From: Nanobdellota archaeon
Lineage (GTDB): Archaea > Nanobdellota > Nanobdellia > Parvarchaeales > Parvarchaeaceae
DNA length: 64,000 bases
Assembly (NCBI GenBank): GCA_021807125.1
Contig: JAKAPK010000002.1
Location: 14,120 to 78,119, forward strand
Reading direction: 5' to 3'
Below the pieces are notes generated by a model. The model ran no database searches. It had not been told where the DNA came from and worked only from the letters and a program-made list of their open reading frames with translations. Position 1 is the stretch's first letter, and the number at the start of each line of letters is the position of its first letter. Below are positions 28,433 to 38,917 of the stretch, one piece after another. Position numbers and translations under genes: made by a program.

Positions 28433-30224
28433 TCAGTATCACCTTTGTTTCCCCTTTCAATACGCGTGAGAAGGCGTCGCTGACCTCTTCTTTACGCATC
28501 GGCCTTCCGTTGTACTTAAGTATCTGATTAGCTATAACTAAACCTGTCTGTGAAGCTATGTGTTGCCTTAGTTGGCCGCTTATGTTCTGCTCTATGCAAA
28601 CAGTCTTCTTAGATTTTTTAATCAGCTCTAATGCGTCAAGCGGCAACGGATTCAACATCTTTATTTGTACAAAAGCAATCTTATCAGAAAGACTTTCTGA
28701 TATTGCACCGGAAGGGCCTCCCCAAGACACAGCCACTAAGTCCGCTTTTTTTAAATCTCCAAATATTGTAAATCTTTCATCGGGAGGAACTTCAGTAAGT
28801 ATCTTTTCATACTTGAAATTTCTTTTTTCCATCATTCTATTCCTAATGTTGGGCTCTTCACTTATGTGACCTCTTTCGTCGTGTTCATCACCAGTATACC
28901 AAACAATAGTTGATGGATCACCCATTTGCACCCTAGGTGATATATTGTCATCGGTAAACCTGAATCGTTTATAATCCGAACCGGGAGACTGAATAAGTTT
29001 CCCGCGATCAACTTTGTACTTGGACTTTAAATCTCTTACAAAAGAGGCTTCTAGAGTTGTAGAAGCTTGTGCAACTGCCTTCTCTCCAAGAACTATTACT
29101 GGCATCTGATATTTTTCCGCGTAATTGAATGCCATAGAAACCGTACTTATGTATTCTTCTATGTTTCCCGGAGCTAATATCATATGCCCGAAGTCACCAT
29201 GTCCTATATGTGCCGCGAACATAAGGTCTCCTTGCTCTGTTCTTGTTGGCTGTCCTGTCGCTGGAGCGCCCCTTTGGTGGTCAACTACTACTATAGGCAC
29301 TTCACACATCCCTGCATATGTTATCGCTTCAGTCATAAGGGATAATCCTGGACCAGAAGTGGAAGTTGACGCACGTATACCTGCTATCGCTGCGCCGGTC
29401 GTCATGCAAATTACAGCGAGTTCGCTTTCCGGCTGCACTACTCTAATCCCAAGTTCTGGATGCGATTCTATGAACTCACTTTCATCACTGGCAGGAGTTA
29501 TTGGGTAATACACCTGCATCTTGCAGCCTGCCAGCGCTTTACCTATTGCAGAAGCGGCAAACCCTTCGGTATACAACAATTCCTTTTTATCTAGTATCGG
29601 CAAGCTGCTTACTTTTTTTATGTTTAGTGCGTCCATTGATTCCATAGTTTGATTTGCGACTGCGATGTTCATGTCTATTATTTGCTGTGGTTTATGCGAA
29701 AACACATCACTTATTATATCTGTTACTTTCTGTTCGCTAAGCCCAAGAAGATGTGCGGATATCGCAACCGCCATAACGTTTTTGGTTATCATTACATCGC
29801 TTGCCGGTTTATTGAATTTCTTGGCTACTGCATTGATAACGGTATCAAAATCAAACTGGATGACGTTTATGTCTTTTCTTTGTATACCGTTCGCATCTAT
29901 TTTAGAATCAATTACTAAAGTCCCACTTGGCCTTAGATCTTTCAGATGACCTTCGTGTACAACTTCCCCAAAGTTATTCTTTTCTCCGAAAACAGCTTCC
30001 TTGTCGAAGAAAACAGCGAGATCGACTTTACTGGAAAGCGCGCGCACTTTTTTGTCTGATACTCTTAATGTAAAGAAACTATGCATGCCTTTTATATTAG
30101 AGAAATATTCTCTATAGCCAAAAACATAATAACCGCACTTCATCATTATCCTTGCAAAAAGTTCAAGTGCAGAATCTATCCCGCTTCCCTGTTTGCCGCC
30201 GGTCATCCAGTTCAAATCAGTCAT
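28422..30224 (-). CDS. korA: 2-oxoacid:ferredoxin oxidoreductase alpha subunit (gamma-alpha fusion)
   Basis: GGKQGSGI, YPITPASD, ESELA, TSGPGLSLM, QRGAPATGQPT. Confidence 0.94.
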   Translation of the reverse strand: MTDLNWMTGGKQGSGIDSALELFARIMMKCGYYVFGYREYFSNIKGMHSFFTLRVSDKKVRALSSKVDLAVFFDKEAVFGEKNNFGEVVHEGHLKDLRPSGTLVIDSKIDANGIQRKDINVIQFDFDTVINAVAKKFNKPASDVMITKNVMAVAISAHLLGLSEQKVTDIISDVFSHKPQQIIDMNIAVANQTMESMDALNIKKVSSLPILDKKELLYTEGFAASAIGKALAGCKMQVYYPITPASDESEFIESHPELGIRVVQPESELAVICMTTGAAIAGIRASTSTSGPGLSLMTEAITYAGMCEVPIVVVDHQRGAPATGQPTRTEQGDLMFAAHIGHGDFGHMILAPGNIEEYISTVSMAFNYAEKYQMPVIVLGEKAVAQASTTLEASFVRDLKSKYKVDRGKLIQSPGSDYKRFRFTDDNISPRVQMGDPSTIVWYTGDEHDERGHISEEPNIRNRMMEKRNFKYEKILTEVPPDERFTIFGDLKKADLVAVSWGGPSGAISESLSDKIAFVQIKMLNPLPLDALELIKKSKKTVCIEQNISGQLRQHIASQTGLVIANQILKYNGRPMRKEEVSDAFSRVLKGETKVILNDY

Positions 30225-30278
30225 TAAAAGAAAATACGTTACTAGTATTAAAATTTAGACATCTTAAAGGTTTTAACT

Positions 30279-31148
30279 TTATATGAGTTGTTTCTTTATT
30301 AATTTTGGTATATTAATTGGTAAATCAGCTACTTTTACTCCTGCAGCCTCGAGAGCTTTAATCTTACTTTCTGCAGTGCCTTTACCCCTTGATATTATTG
30401 CTCCTGCATGGCCCATGCGTTTTCCTGGCGGTGCAGACCTACCTGCTATGTATGCTATTACGGGCTTGGAAACGCTCTTTTTTATAAACTCGGCTGCGTC
30501 CTCCTCTGCAGAACCACCTATTTCTCCAACCATGACTATTGCTTTTGTATCTGGGTCTTTTTCAAACAAAGAAAGTGCTTCTATAAAGGTAGTGCCTATT
30601 ACCTGATCACCGCCTAATCCTATCACGGTACTTTCACCAAAACCGAAATCGCTTATATAATTTACCACTTCATACGTAAGAGTCCCACTTCTTGATAGCA
30701 CGCCTATATTACCTGGCTTGAATATCATGTTCGGCATTATGCCTGCCTTGGAAAGACCTGGCGAAGCTATTCCTGGACAATTCGGTCCTATTATCCTAGC
30801 ACCCTTAATCTTAGAATATAGAACCAATTCCACAACATCATGAAAAGGTATGTGTTCGGTAACTATGACAACCAATTTTATTCCAGCATCTATTGCTTCT
30901 ATGACTGCGTCTTTTGCGTATGGTGCAGGCACGAATACAACGGATACATCGGCCCCAGTTGCTTTTACCGCGGCGTCTACGTCGTTGTAGACTGGTATAT
31001 TATCGATTTTTTCTCCCCCTTTGCCTGGCGTAACACCTGCGACCACTTTTGAGCCGAAGTCTCTCATTGCTCTTGCGTGAAACATGCCTTGATGCCCAGT
31101 TATCCCTTGAACGATTATTTTTGACTCTTTACCAAGAATTATTACCAT
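30279..31148 (-). CDS. sucD: Succinyl-CoA synthetase alpha subunit
   Basis: [34 protein letters not shown] (phospho-His). Confidence 0.97.
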   Translation of the reverse strand: MVIILGKESKIIVQGITGHQGMFHARAMRDFGSKVVAGVTPGKGGEKIDNIPVYNDVDAAVKATGADVSVVFVPAPYAKDAVIEAIDAGIKLVVIVTEHIPFHDVVELVLYSKIKGARIIGPNCPGIASPGLSKAGIMPNMIFKPGNIGVLSRSGTLTYEVVNYISDFGFGESTVIGLGGDQVIGTTFIEALSLFEKDPDTKAIVMVGEIGGSAEEDAAEFIKKSVSKPVIAYIAGRSAPPGKRMGHAGAIISRGKGTAESKIKALEAAGVKVADLPINIPKLIKKQLI

Positions 31149-32264
31149 TTATTTAACCCCGGCCAATTCAATGACTTTCTTTACTGCTTCTTCCATGTCA
31201 GAAAATGAATTTATACCATTGGATTTTAAAATCTCGGTTGCTTCTTTTTCACGGAATCCTTTCAACCTCACTACGATATTAAATTTAGGCTTGAATTCTG
31301 ATATCGCTTTTATTAGCCCATCCGCAACAACGTCGCATTTAGTTACACCGCCGAATATATTTACAAATAATGCGCTTGGATTTGTTTTGTTTATAAGCTC
31401 AAATGCCTGCGTTATCTTTTCTGGATCATCGGTGCCTCCTAGGTCCAAAAAATCTCCTGCATCTGCATTATTATTCTTCAATATATCCAAAGTCGCCATT
31501 GTAAGGCCGGCACCATTGGCTATAACTCCGATCTTACCGCCCAGCCGTACAAAGGATATCCCTTTCTGCTTAGCTTCTAGCTCCAGAGGGTCAAGCCATC
31601 TTGAGGTATAATCTGTTATTTCCTTATGTCTGAACATCGCATCGTCTTCTATTACAACCTTTGAATCAAGGGCTATCAATCCGTTTTTCATTGAGTTTAA
31701 AACTAGCGGATTTATCTCAACTAGCTCCGCATCTTCTTTCTTATAGATATTAAAAAGACTGTTAAGCAACTGCAGCAAACTTATGGTTAATATATCTGGC
31801 AGAGATAACTGTCTTGAAATGAGTCTAGAAAAGTAGTCTGATATCCCCATCAAAGGATTTATTGAATACCGGTATATTTCGCTATCTTCTATCTTTTCTA
31901 TGTCAACGCCGCCTTTCTTAGATATTAGGAGCACTGGAAGCCTCGTACTCCTATCCAGTGAAATACTTACATAAAACTCGAGATCGTGTGGCACCTCTTC
32001 CTCGAGCAGAAAGCTGTCGGCGGTGTAACCATCAAACTTTAGTTTACTTATATTTTGGATTGCTTTTTCAACTTCTGCTTTGTTATTTACTTTTACTACC
32101 CCGCCTCTTTCGCCCCTGTGGCCGACAGGCACTTGCGCTTTCAAGAAACTTGTCGTTTTAAATTCAGGAATGCTAGTCTCATTTTTTATTATAATACTTT
32201 TTGGAACAGTTATACCATATCTTGACAGCAATTCTTTTCCCTGATACTCTAAAAGTTTCACCAT
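31149..32264 (-). CDS. sucC: Succinyl-CoA synthetase beta subunit
   Basis: LLEYQGK, KAQV, EINPL, NGAGLTMATLD, NIFGG. Confidence 0.96.
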   Translation of the reverse strand: MVKLLEYQGKELLSRYGITVPKSIIIKNETSIPEFKTTSFLKAQVPVGHRGERGGVVKVNNKAEVEKAIQNISKLKFDGYTADSFLLEEEVPHDLEFYVSISLDRSTRLPVLLISKKGGVDIEKIEDSEIYRYSINPLMGISDYFSRLISRQLSLPDILTISLLQLLNSLFNIYKKEDAELVEINPLVLNSMKNGLIALDSKVVIEDDAMFRHKEITDYTSRWLDPLELEAKQKGISFVRLGGKIGVIANGAGLTMATLDILKNNNADAGDFLDLGGTDDPEKITQAFELINKTNPSALFVNIFGGVTKCDVVADGLIKAISEFKPKFNIVVRLKGFREKEATEILKSNGINSFSDMEEAVKKVIELAGVK

Positions 32265-32330
32265 ATTCAGTATAAGATAAAGTAAACACGGTTGGAATAA
32301 AAGACTATCTGAATATCCTTATAAAATAAA

Positions 32331-35300
32331 TTAACAAAGGTAATTGCAGGTTACTATTGAGAACACGCCGGCGATACCAAGTACATAATTTTCTGCGTAT
32401 ACATCATCAAAATATGAATTTGTTGTCGTATTCAAGATACCTATATTACTGCTTGCACTAAGTGAACCAATTAGTGTATATTTATCGTTGGGTGTAATTG
32501 CTAGCCCAGCATTGTTACTGTAGGCGCTAGTCTGTATAGCGGTTATTTCACTATCAGATGATAGATTAACGATTGCTGTATCTACACCATTCAATTGCGT
32601 AACGTACCCGTACTTACCATCCGGTGTTATTGATATTAGATATGGGGATATTGAAAGCCCGACAGACCCAATAATATTATTTGTAGAGGTGTTTATAATA
32701 GACAACTTGTTTAACAAATCATTTGTAACGTAGGCGAGCTTACCGTTTGGTGCAATAGCTATATTTTGTGCGCTTCCGGATATATTAGCAATTACTTTGT
32801 TAGTAGACGCATCTATTACTGACGTATTAGATAACGTCGCAACATAGACATACTCATTATTAGGAGTTACCTCCACACCTTCTGGTCTTGCCGCTACAGC
32901 TATGTTAGTTATAACTTTGTTTGTCGTGGTGTTTATTACAGAAGTGATATTTGAGTAAAAACTTGTAACGTAGGCGAGCTTACCATTTGGCGCTATAGCG
33001 ACGGCCCATGGGTCTTTGCCTACAGTTATATTTGTTATTATCTTATTTGAAGAAGTATTTATCACAGAAACATTTGTTGGCCAATTTGGAACATATAAGT
33101 ACTTATCATTAGGTGTAAGTGCCATTTGCTGAGCATTTACATTAGAAAAGCCGGTTATAGTAACGGCGGTACGATCAAGTGTGGATCCATTTAAAAAATA
33201 AACAGCATTCTCGCCTTCGGCTAAAGCATAGAAATTTGAAGTGCAACCACCGAAGTTATAATCGGCTCCTGCATGAACATCTGCATAGCCCTTATATTGG
33301 GAGTCTACATCTACCGCTGGTGGTAACGGACAAAAATCTGTTACAGCCGCTGTTGTACCTAAATTTCCTAATGTCGTATAAAATATTATTGGTGTTCCTG
33401 TTGCTGCTGATTTTACACTTCCGTTATAATCTACCCACCATGTGCCGGAATGCGAACTTGCCTCTGTAAATGTTGTTGTACAAGTCCATACGGGGGTAAT
33501 ATACGAGCCGTTAACATAGTAAACACTTGCTTGTATGTTACTCGGTGCGCTACAATTGAAATTTGATTGATAACTATTTGCCTCAAAATGGAATTCCCCA
33601 TTTAGACCTTTGTTTATAGGAACTATTATGTGACTATTGTAGCCGTCAGATATATAACCGCTAACATTTATAGTGTTATTGACTAAGTCTTTTCCAGTAT
33701 ACCAAGCATAAACCCACCAACCTCCATAATAACTTAATGTGCCTGGAAAAACGAAAGTCTCATTGCAGTAAGTGCTTCTAGAGAATGATAAAGAAGTTGT
33801 ACTACCGGAGGTTATATTATACGTTGAGGGAGAAACATAATAAGTAGTCATACAGTTTCCTGTTTTATTTGAAATATTAGCAATCCAATATTTATTTGTT
33901 TCTTTGCCATACTGTGAAAAAGTGATTTGACTTGTAAAGGATGAATTTGTTAAGTTATACGTTGGATATAATCCTTGAGTAACATTCCATCTGTAGCCAG
34001 ATGGAACACCAGATTCTGTGAAGGTAGTAATACAGAACGTGGAACTTGAATAAGATATTATGGTGTTGTTGGAACCTGCGAGCGATGAACCTGAGGTTGG
34101 GCTAGGAGTGTAAGTCGTCGTACAGCCAAGAGTAGAGTTTGACTGCGTGTATGCATTATAGCTGAATACGCCTTCCACCGTCGTGAACGAGGTCGACGGG
34201 CTCGTGATCCCCGAATGATAAACTGAATCATAAGTGGAGTTCCACGAATAGCTAGTCGGTAGACCCGATTCTGATACATTGGTGGCACAGCTCCATGTTG
34301 GTGTATTAGTGGCGCCCCTATTTGAGTTCCCTGAGGAAGTGCATTTCAAATGCATTGGCACATATTTGTATCCGTATCCTTCGACGTACTTGTAGACACT
34401 AGTGTAGATACCGGCGCTGAATGGTGATGCAGATCCGCTTGGAGTATCTATGTATATGCTCCTATTTATTAAGTCTGAGGAGTTGACGCTGATGAAATCA
34501 ACATACCAGCTACTGTTATAACTTGGAGAGACAGAGTTATTAGTGTAAGGCAGCAGTCCTGTGTCTAAGAAAGTCGTTACAAGACAACCTGCTGCGTAAG
34601 TCACGCTCTGCGTGGAACCGGCAGATATGACTCCTGAATTCGGCGTAGGACAGTATGGAGTCCCCGAAGACCAAGCTGTGTCGGCGGTGAACTGCGCTCC
34701 CCCTAATGAGGTGTTTATGACTATCTGACTTGACGTGGAGCTCCCTTGGGTGCCGTTGAATGTCGCGTTCCACAAAGTATCTGAAGGCAAACCCGTTTCG
34801 GTGAACGTCGTCAGACAATACGAAATTTTGAAATTTATACTAAGTGTCTTACCGGCCGTCAGACTTCCAGTTAATATGGGCAGACTAGTAGAAGAATTTA
34901 AGGGGATGTATGTACAACCGTTGACTACTTGCCTGTATATCGTGAAAAGGTGACTGCCTCCAGGCGTGTTTATCCTCATTGATGTTGCTGTAGAACTATT
35001 ATATACGGAATCATATGTAAGATTCCATCTCGTCCCGCTGGGAAGACCTGTTTCAGAGAACACACTAGTGCACGTCGTGCTGTTGGAGAACAAGATTATG
35101 TTGTTCGTGCCGGCGACTATGTTGCCCGAATTTGGAGAGGGAGTATAGAGGGTCTTGCAGCTTCCGCCTCCTCCTCCGCCGACTATTCTACCGTATACTG
35201 TTATTGGATCGATCGTAGGGACAGAAATCGCATAAGAGCCCGACGGCGTGTCAAACTGCATTTCCTGGGAGGTCGTCGATTCAAAGATACTGTCATAAGT

Positions 35301-36416
35301 CATGTTCCATAATTTGCCCGATGGAAGACCCGATTCGACGAATGTCGTCACGACTGCCGTGGATGTGTTTATTCCTATGAAGGATGCCGTGTTCACTGCA
35401 GCAGTCGTATCACTGTAGCATACGTTAAGGGATTGGTGACCGACTACTGCGTAGGAAGCGTTGGAATCTATGCCGGTCGTCTGGTTCATCGAGATGAGAC
35501 TGCCGCTGTCCGTGGCACTGTCACAGACATACATCGAATAATAGGAAGGGAGAGAAGTCCTTACGTATCCTGCCGAGTTGTTTATGCTTCCATTAACCTG
35601 GTAGTCACAAGCGGAGCCATGGAAGACATACGCTGCCATTGCCACGTTGTCGCTGGAGCCCGTGTCATTGACATAATACGTTCCAGATGGCTGGGAAGGA
35701 CAGACCGCTATCGTCGAGTTCTCATAACTCCCGTCTGATTCGTGTCTTACTAAATAACAGTCAGAGGGCATCTTGAACGGAGAATAAGTATAGAGTCCGG
35801 CTGCGGCTATCACCGTGAATGTATTTGGATCGGCTACCGTATAGGTCATGCTGTCCGGACTGGTGTTGGCGTTGTCGGTGAACGTATAAAGATTATATAC
35901 CAAAGAACATGGAAGCGAGGACGAAACGCTTGAGAAAATGTCTCCAGATTGCTTTCCCAAACGTATACTGCCGGTAGAGGTGAGGTTCGAAAGGCTGTTT
36001 ATCACCGTGTAGTGTATCGTCCCTACAACTGAAACGGTGCTTCCCGAGAAGGTCCCTTTAACATAGCATCCCGTGTACTGTCCCTGTAGGAGGATTATAT
36101 TCGTACAATTACTCACCGTGAACAGCTGGTTTCCCTCAAGCAATGTCGCGTTGTTTATCCTTATGGCTGAACCGAACTGGTCGGATATCGTTAGCTTGAA
36201 GTAGGAATCGTTCACTGCTGCATTTGTGATAGGTACCTGTGAGAAACCGACTATCAATGGCGTACTGGTAACGCTTACAGAGGGATTGAATATACCAAAG
36301 GAGAAAAGTATCGCTGCTATTAAAACTATTATCAAGATTGCCCAGCCGTAAGTCATCATATATTCTAATGCTGATTGACCTTTATGCCGACGATTCTTTG
36401 TGAGTTTATATGTCAT
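32331..36416 (-). CDS. Large surface adhesin-like protein: class III signal peptide, ~8 thermopsin-like Ig repeats, C-terminal YVTN beta-propeller
   Basis: HKG|QSALEYMMTYGWAILII leader; repeated T-F-x-E-[ST]-G-L-P-S-G-x-x-W-N-x-T motif; repeated TP[ND]xKxxYV propeller blades. Confidence 0.88.
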   Translation of the reverse strand: MTYKLTKNRRHKGQSALEYMMTYGWAILIIVLIAAILFSFGIFNPSVSVTSTPLIVGFSQVPITNAAVNDSYFKLTISDQFGSAIRINNATLLEGNQLFTVSNCTNIILLQGQYTGCYVKGTFSGSTVSVVGTIHYTVINSLSNLTSTGSIRLGKQSGDIFSSVSSSLPCSLVYNLYTFTDNANTSPDSMTYTVADPNTFTVIAAAGLYTYSPFKMPSDCYLVRHESDGSYENSTIAVCPSQPSGTYYVNDTGSSDNVAMAAYVFHGSACDYQVNGSINNSAGYVRTSLPSYYSMYVCDSATDSGSLISMNQTTGIDSNASYAVVGHQSLNVCYSDTTAAVNTASFIGINTSTAVVTTFVESGLPSGKLWNMTYDSIFESTTSQEMQFDTPSGSYAISVPTIDPITVYGRIVGGGGGGSCKTLYTPSPNSGNIVAGTNNIILFSNSTTCTSVFSETGLPSGTRWNLTYDSVYNSSTATSMRINTPGGSHLFTIYRQVVNGCTYIPLNSSTSLPILTGSLTAGKTLSINFKISYCLTTFTETGLPSDTLWNATFNGTQGSSTSSQIVINTSLGGAQFTADTAWSSGTPYCPTPNSGVISAGSTQSVTYAAGCLVTTFLDTGLLPYTNNSVSPSYNSSWYVDFISVNSSDLINRSIYIDTPSGSASPFSAGIYTSVYKYVEGYGYKYVPMHLKCTSSGNSNRGATNTPTWSCATNVSESGLPTSYSWNSTYDSVYHSGITSPSTSFTTVEGVFSYNAYTQSNSTLGCTTTYTPSPTSGSSLAGSNNTIISYSSSTFCITTFTESGVPSGYRWNVTQGLYPTYNLTNSSFTSQITFSQYGKETNKYWIANISNKTGNCMTTYYVSPSTYNITSGSTTSLSFSRSTYCNETFVFPGTLSYYGGWWVYAWYTGKDLVNNTINVSGYISDGYNSHIIVPINKGLNGEFHFEANSYQSNFNCSAPSNIQASVYYVNGSYITPVWTCTTTFTEASSHSGTWWVDYNGSVKSAATGTPIIFYTTLGNLGTTAAVTDFCPLPPAVDVDSQYKGYADVHAGADYNFGGCTSNFYALAEGENAVYFLNGSTLDRTAVTITGFSNVNAQQMALTPNDKYLYVPNWPTNVSVINTSSNKIITNITVGKDPWAVAIAPNGKLAYVTSFYSNITSVINTTTNKVITNIAVAARPEGVEVTPNNEYVYVATLSNTSVIDASTNKVIANISGSAQNIAIAPNGKLAYVTNDLLNKLSIINTSTNNIIGSVGLSISPYLISITPDGKYGYVTQLNGVDTAIVNLSSDSEITAIQTSAYSNNAGLAITPNDKYTLIGSLSASSNIGILNTTTNSYFDDVYAENYVLGIAGVFSIVTCNYLC
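32723..32990. repeat. Near-identical direct repeat, 240 bp apart, inside the beta-propeller coding region
   Basis: TTGTAACGTAGGCGAGCTTACC is identical at 32723-32744 and 32963-32984, extending to 27/28 matches; both copies fall in an IAPNGKLAYVT blade. Confidence 0.9.
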
Positions 36417-36535
36417 ATATTATTATTTTGACAATAATTCCATATTTTTTGTAGCTATTATGCTTTTCTGTATATTGATATAGCCTTGTTCAATGAAATT
36501 GAAAGAATTATATTTGAATATGATATCCATATTTA

Positions 36536-38281
36536 GTGGATAAGCTTGAATACGACATAGTAATTCTCGGAACTGGGCTTGGAGGGATGCGCGCAGCTTT
36601 GGAAGCCACTAAGAAAAGCGGTTCCAAACTTAGGATAGCCCTCATATCAAAGATACACGCAATGAGAAGCCATTCTGTCGCAGCGGAGGGGGGTATATCT
36701 GGAGTATTATATCCTGATAAAAACAAAGACTCTTTTGAGTTACATGCATACGATACTATAAAAGGCTCAGATTACCTTGCTGATCAAGACGCAGTGGAAA
36801 TGCTTGTAAGAAACGCCCCACACGAAATAAGACTTCTTGAGCATCTTGGTGTGCCGTGGAATAGAGACAAAGACGGTGAAATACAATTTAGAGCGTTTGG
36901 GGGTATGAGCACACCGAGGACTGCATTTGCAGCCGATAAGACCGGCTTTTTTATGTTGAATTCTATCTACGATACTTTATTAAGATTTGATAACATAGAT
37001 GTGTTTCATGAATATTACGCCACTAAGATGTTACTGGACAAAGGCGTTTTCAAGGGGTTCTATGTTATAGATCTTGCAACTGGAAATAGAAAACTCATTG
37101 TTGCAAGACAAGGAATAATAGCTACTGGCGGAGCTGCACGGGTTTACGAGTTCACAACCACTTCTTATTCAAGTACCGGTGATGGTCTGGGTTTAGCCTA
37201 TCGAGAGGGGCTGCCATTAAAAGACATGGAGTTCGTACAGTTTCACCCTACTGCACTTGTTCCCAGCGGGATACTAATAAGTGAAGCCGCGAGAGGCGAA
37301 GGGGGATACCTGTTAAATTCTAAAAATGAAAGATTCATGGCGAATTACGCAAAAACAAAAATGGAACTTGCTCCACGCGACATAGTATCAAGAGCAATAA
37401 TGACTGAAATAGAAGAGGGCCGCGGGATAAAAGACCCTACATCGGGCATGGATTATGTGCTTCTTGACCTTAGACATCTTGAACAAAAGATACTTGATGA
37501 AAAGCTACCTATGATAAGGGAAATTGCGATAAAGATGCTAAAAATAGATCCTGCATATGAGCCCCTTCCGATAAGACCAGCATCCCATTTTACAATGGGG
37601 GGTATAGCCTCAAACAAGGAGGCTGGCGTTCTATACACAAAGAAGAAGCAAGTACGCGGCTTGTGGGCGGCCGGCGAGTGCGGATCAGTAAGCGTACATG
37701 GTGCCAATAGACTTGGGAGCAATTCTCTCAGCGAATGTATAATATGGGGAAGAATAGCCGGCGAGGCAGCCGCAAAAAGTGCATTGAAAACGCGTGGACT
37801 TTCGGCCGTGGATAAATGGCTGGAAAGGGCTGTTACGGATGAAGACATGAGGATATCAAAGCTTCTGGATAGCCATGGTGAACATAATCCTTATCAGATA
37901 AGAAAGGAGCTTTGGAGGACTATGGAGGAAAACGTGCATGTTTTCAGAAATAAACAAAGACTTACAAAAGCTAAGAAAAAACTTAAGGAATTAACCGCAC
38001 GCTTTTCTAATATTTACGTCGGTGACAAAGGCAATATATATAATACAAATCTGAGAGACGTTTTTGAGTTAGAAAATATGCTGAATCTGTCGGCGGTTAT
38101 AACAGAGTGTGCGCTTAATCGAACAGAAAGCCGCGGCGGACATTGGAGAACAGATTACCCAAGCAGAGATGACAAACGCTGGCTAAAACACACACTTGCG
38201 TTCAAAAGTGCTAAAGGCATAAGACTAGACTACCTACCTGTAAAAATAACAAAGTGGAAACCTGAAATAAGAAAGTACTGA
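36536..38281 (+). CDS. sdhA: Succinate dehydrogenase/fumarate reductase flavoprotein
   Basis: GTGLGG, RSHSVAAEGG (FAD-binding His), QFHPT, EAARGEGG, HGANRLGSNSL, ESRGGH. Confidence 0.97.
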   Translation: MDKLEYDIVILGTGLGGMRAALEATKKSGSKLRIALISKIHAMRSHSVAAEGGISGVLYPDKNKDSFELHAYDTIKGSDYLADQDAVEMLVRNAPHEIRLLEHLGVPWNRDKDGEIQFRAFGGMSTPRTAFAADKTGFFMLNSIYDTLLRFDNIDVFHEYYATKMLLDKGVFKGFYVIDLATGNRKLIVARQGIIATGGAARVYEFTTTSYSSTGDGLGLAYREGLPLKDMEFVQFHPTALVPSGILISEAARGEGGYLLNSKNERFMANYAKTKMELAPRDIVSRAIMTEIEEGRGIKDPTSGMDYVLLDLRHLEQKILDEKLPMIREIAIKMLKIDPAYEPLPIRPASHFTMGGIASNKEAGVLYTKKKQVRGLWAAGECGSVSVHGANRLGSNSLSECIIWGRIAGEAAAKSALKTRGLSAVDKWLERAVTDEDMRISKLLDSHGEHNPYQIRKELWRTMEENVHVFRNKQRLTKAKKKLKELTARFSNIYVGDKGNIYNTNLRDVFELENMLNLSAVITECALNRTESRGGHWRTDYPSRDDKRWLKHTLAFKSAKGIRLDYLPVKITKWKPEIRKY

Positions 38282-38282
38282 T

Positions 38283-38696
38283 ATGGAAAAACAATTGTAC
38301 GACGTGCGGGGACGACAAATGAACATATTCAGATTAGCAAGATTTTACAAAGAGGGTTTCGTGCATGCTTTTTTTTATCGTGTGCTTGTACTCGTCGCCC
38401 CTATATATGGTATTCTTATATTAACGTCTCTCATTTTTGTGTATCCCGCTTGGATAATACCTATATTTACACTAGTAGTATGGGTGCTTTTTACACCTCA
38501 AATATTCGAAACGGCTAAGGGCGCGGCAATGATAAGAAGCGGTGGCGCGGATTTCAATAGATTCAATGAAGAATATAGATTCACAATTAAAGTCAACTAC
38601 GGGAAGAAACAGGGATACGGCGTACTTTTACCCTTTATTGTGCTTGCAGTTTGGATATTAGGATTTGTAGTTTTTTTATGGTATAATTTTATATGA
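38283..38696 (+). CDS. Putative divergent SDH membrane anchor (SdhC position)
   Basis: 137 aa, about 3 TM helices, tightly coupled between sdhA and sdhB. Confidence 0.65.
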   Translation: MEKQLYDVRGRQMNIFRLARFYKEGFVHAFFYRVLVLVAPIYGILILTSLIFVYPAWIIPIFTLVVWVLFTPQIFETAKGAAMIRSGGADFNRFNEEYRFTIKVNYGKKQGYGVLLPFIVLAVWILGFVVFLWYNFI

Positions 38697-38917
38697 AATT
38701 AAAAATATCCGGTTTCAAAGTAATGTTCTTCTTTTATGGTGCGATGATAGGTGTGCCAATATTATTGGTATTGCTATCGTTCAGCGTGTTTGCTGGTTCT
38801 TTTGTAAACGCAGTTATATTAAATGAAATAAAAGCTGTTTTGCTTTTACTTGTAGGCATTGGCTCTGTTGTTTTCGGAGTTATAGGAATAAAGCAGGTGT
38901 ATTTACATGCAAAATAA
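38693..38917 (+). CDS. Putative divergent SDH small membrane anchor (SdhD position)
   Basis: 74 aa, 2 TM helices, ATGA overlap upstream and overlap with sdhB; GVIGIKQV resembles the SdhD HxxxGLRxV helix. Confidence 0.62.
   Translation: MKLKISGFKVMFFFYGAMIGVPILLVLLSFSVFAGSFVNAVILNEIKAVLLLLVGIGSVVFGVIGIKQVYLHAK

Noticed and set aside
32331-36416. Diversity-generating retroelement target
   Set aside because: No reverse transcriptase in the window, and the only nucleotide repeat is short and intragenic, not a TR/VR pair with adenine-specific mismatches. A remote DGR cannot be excluded.
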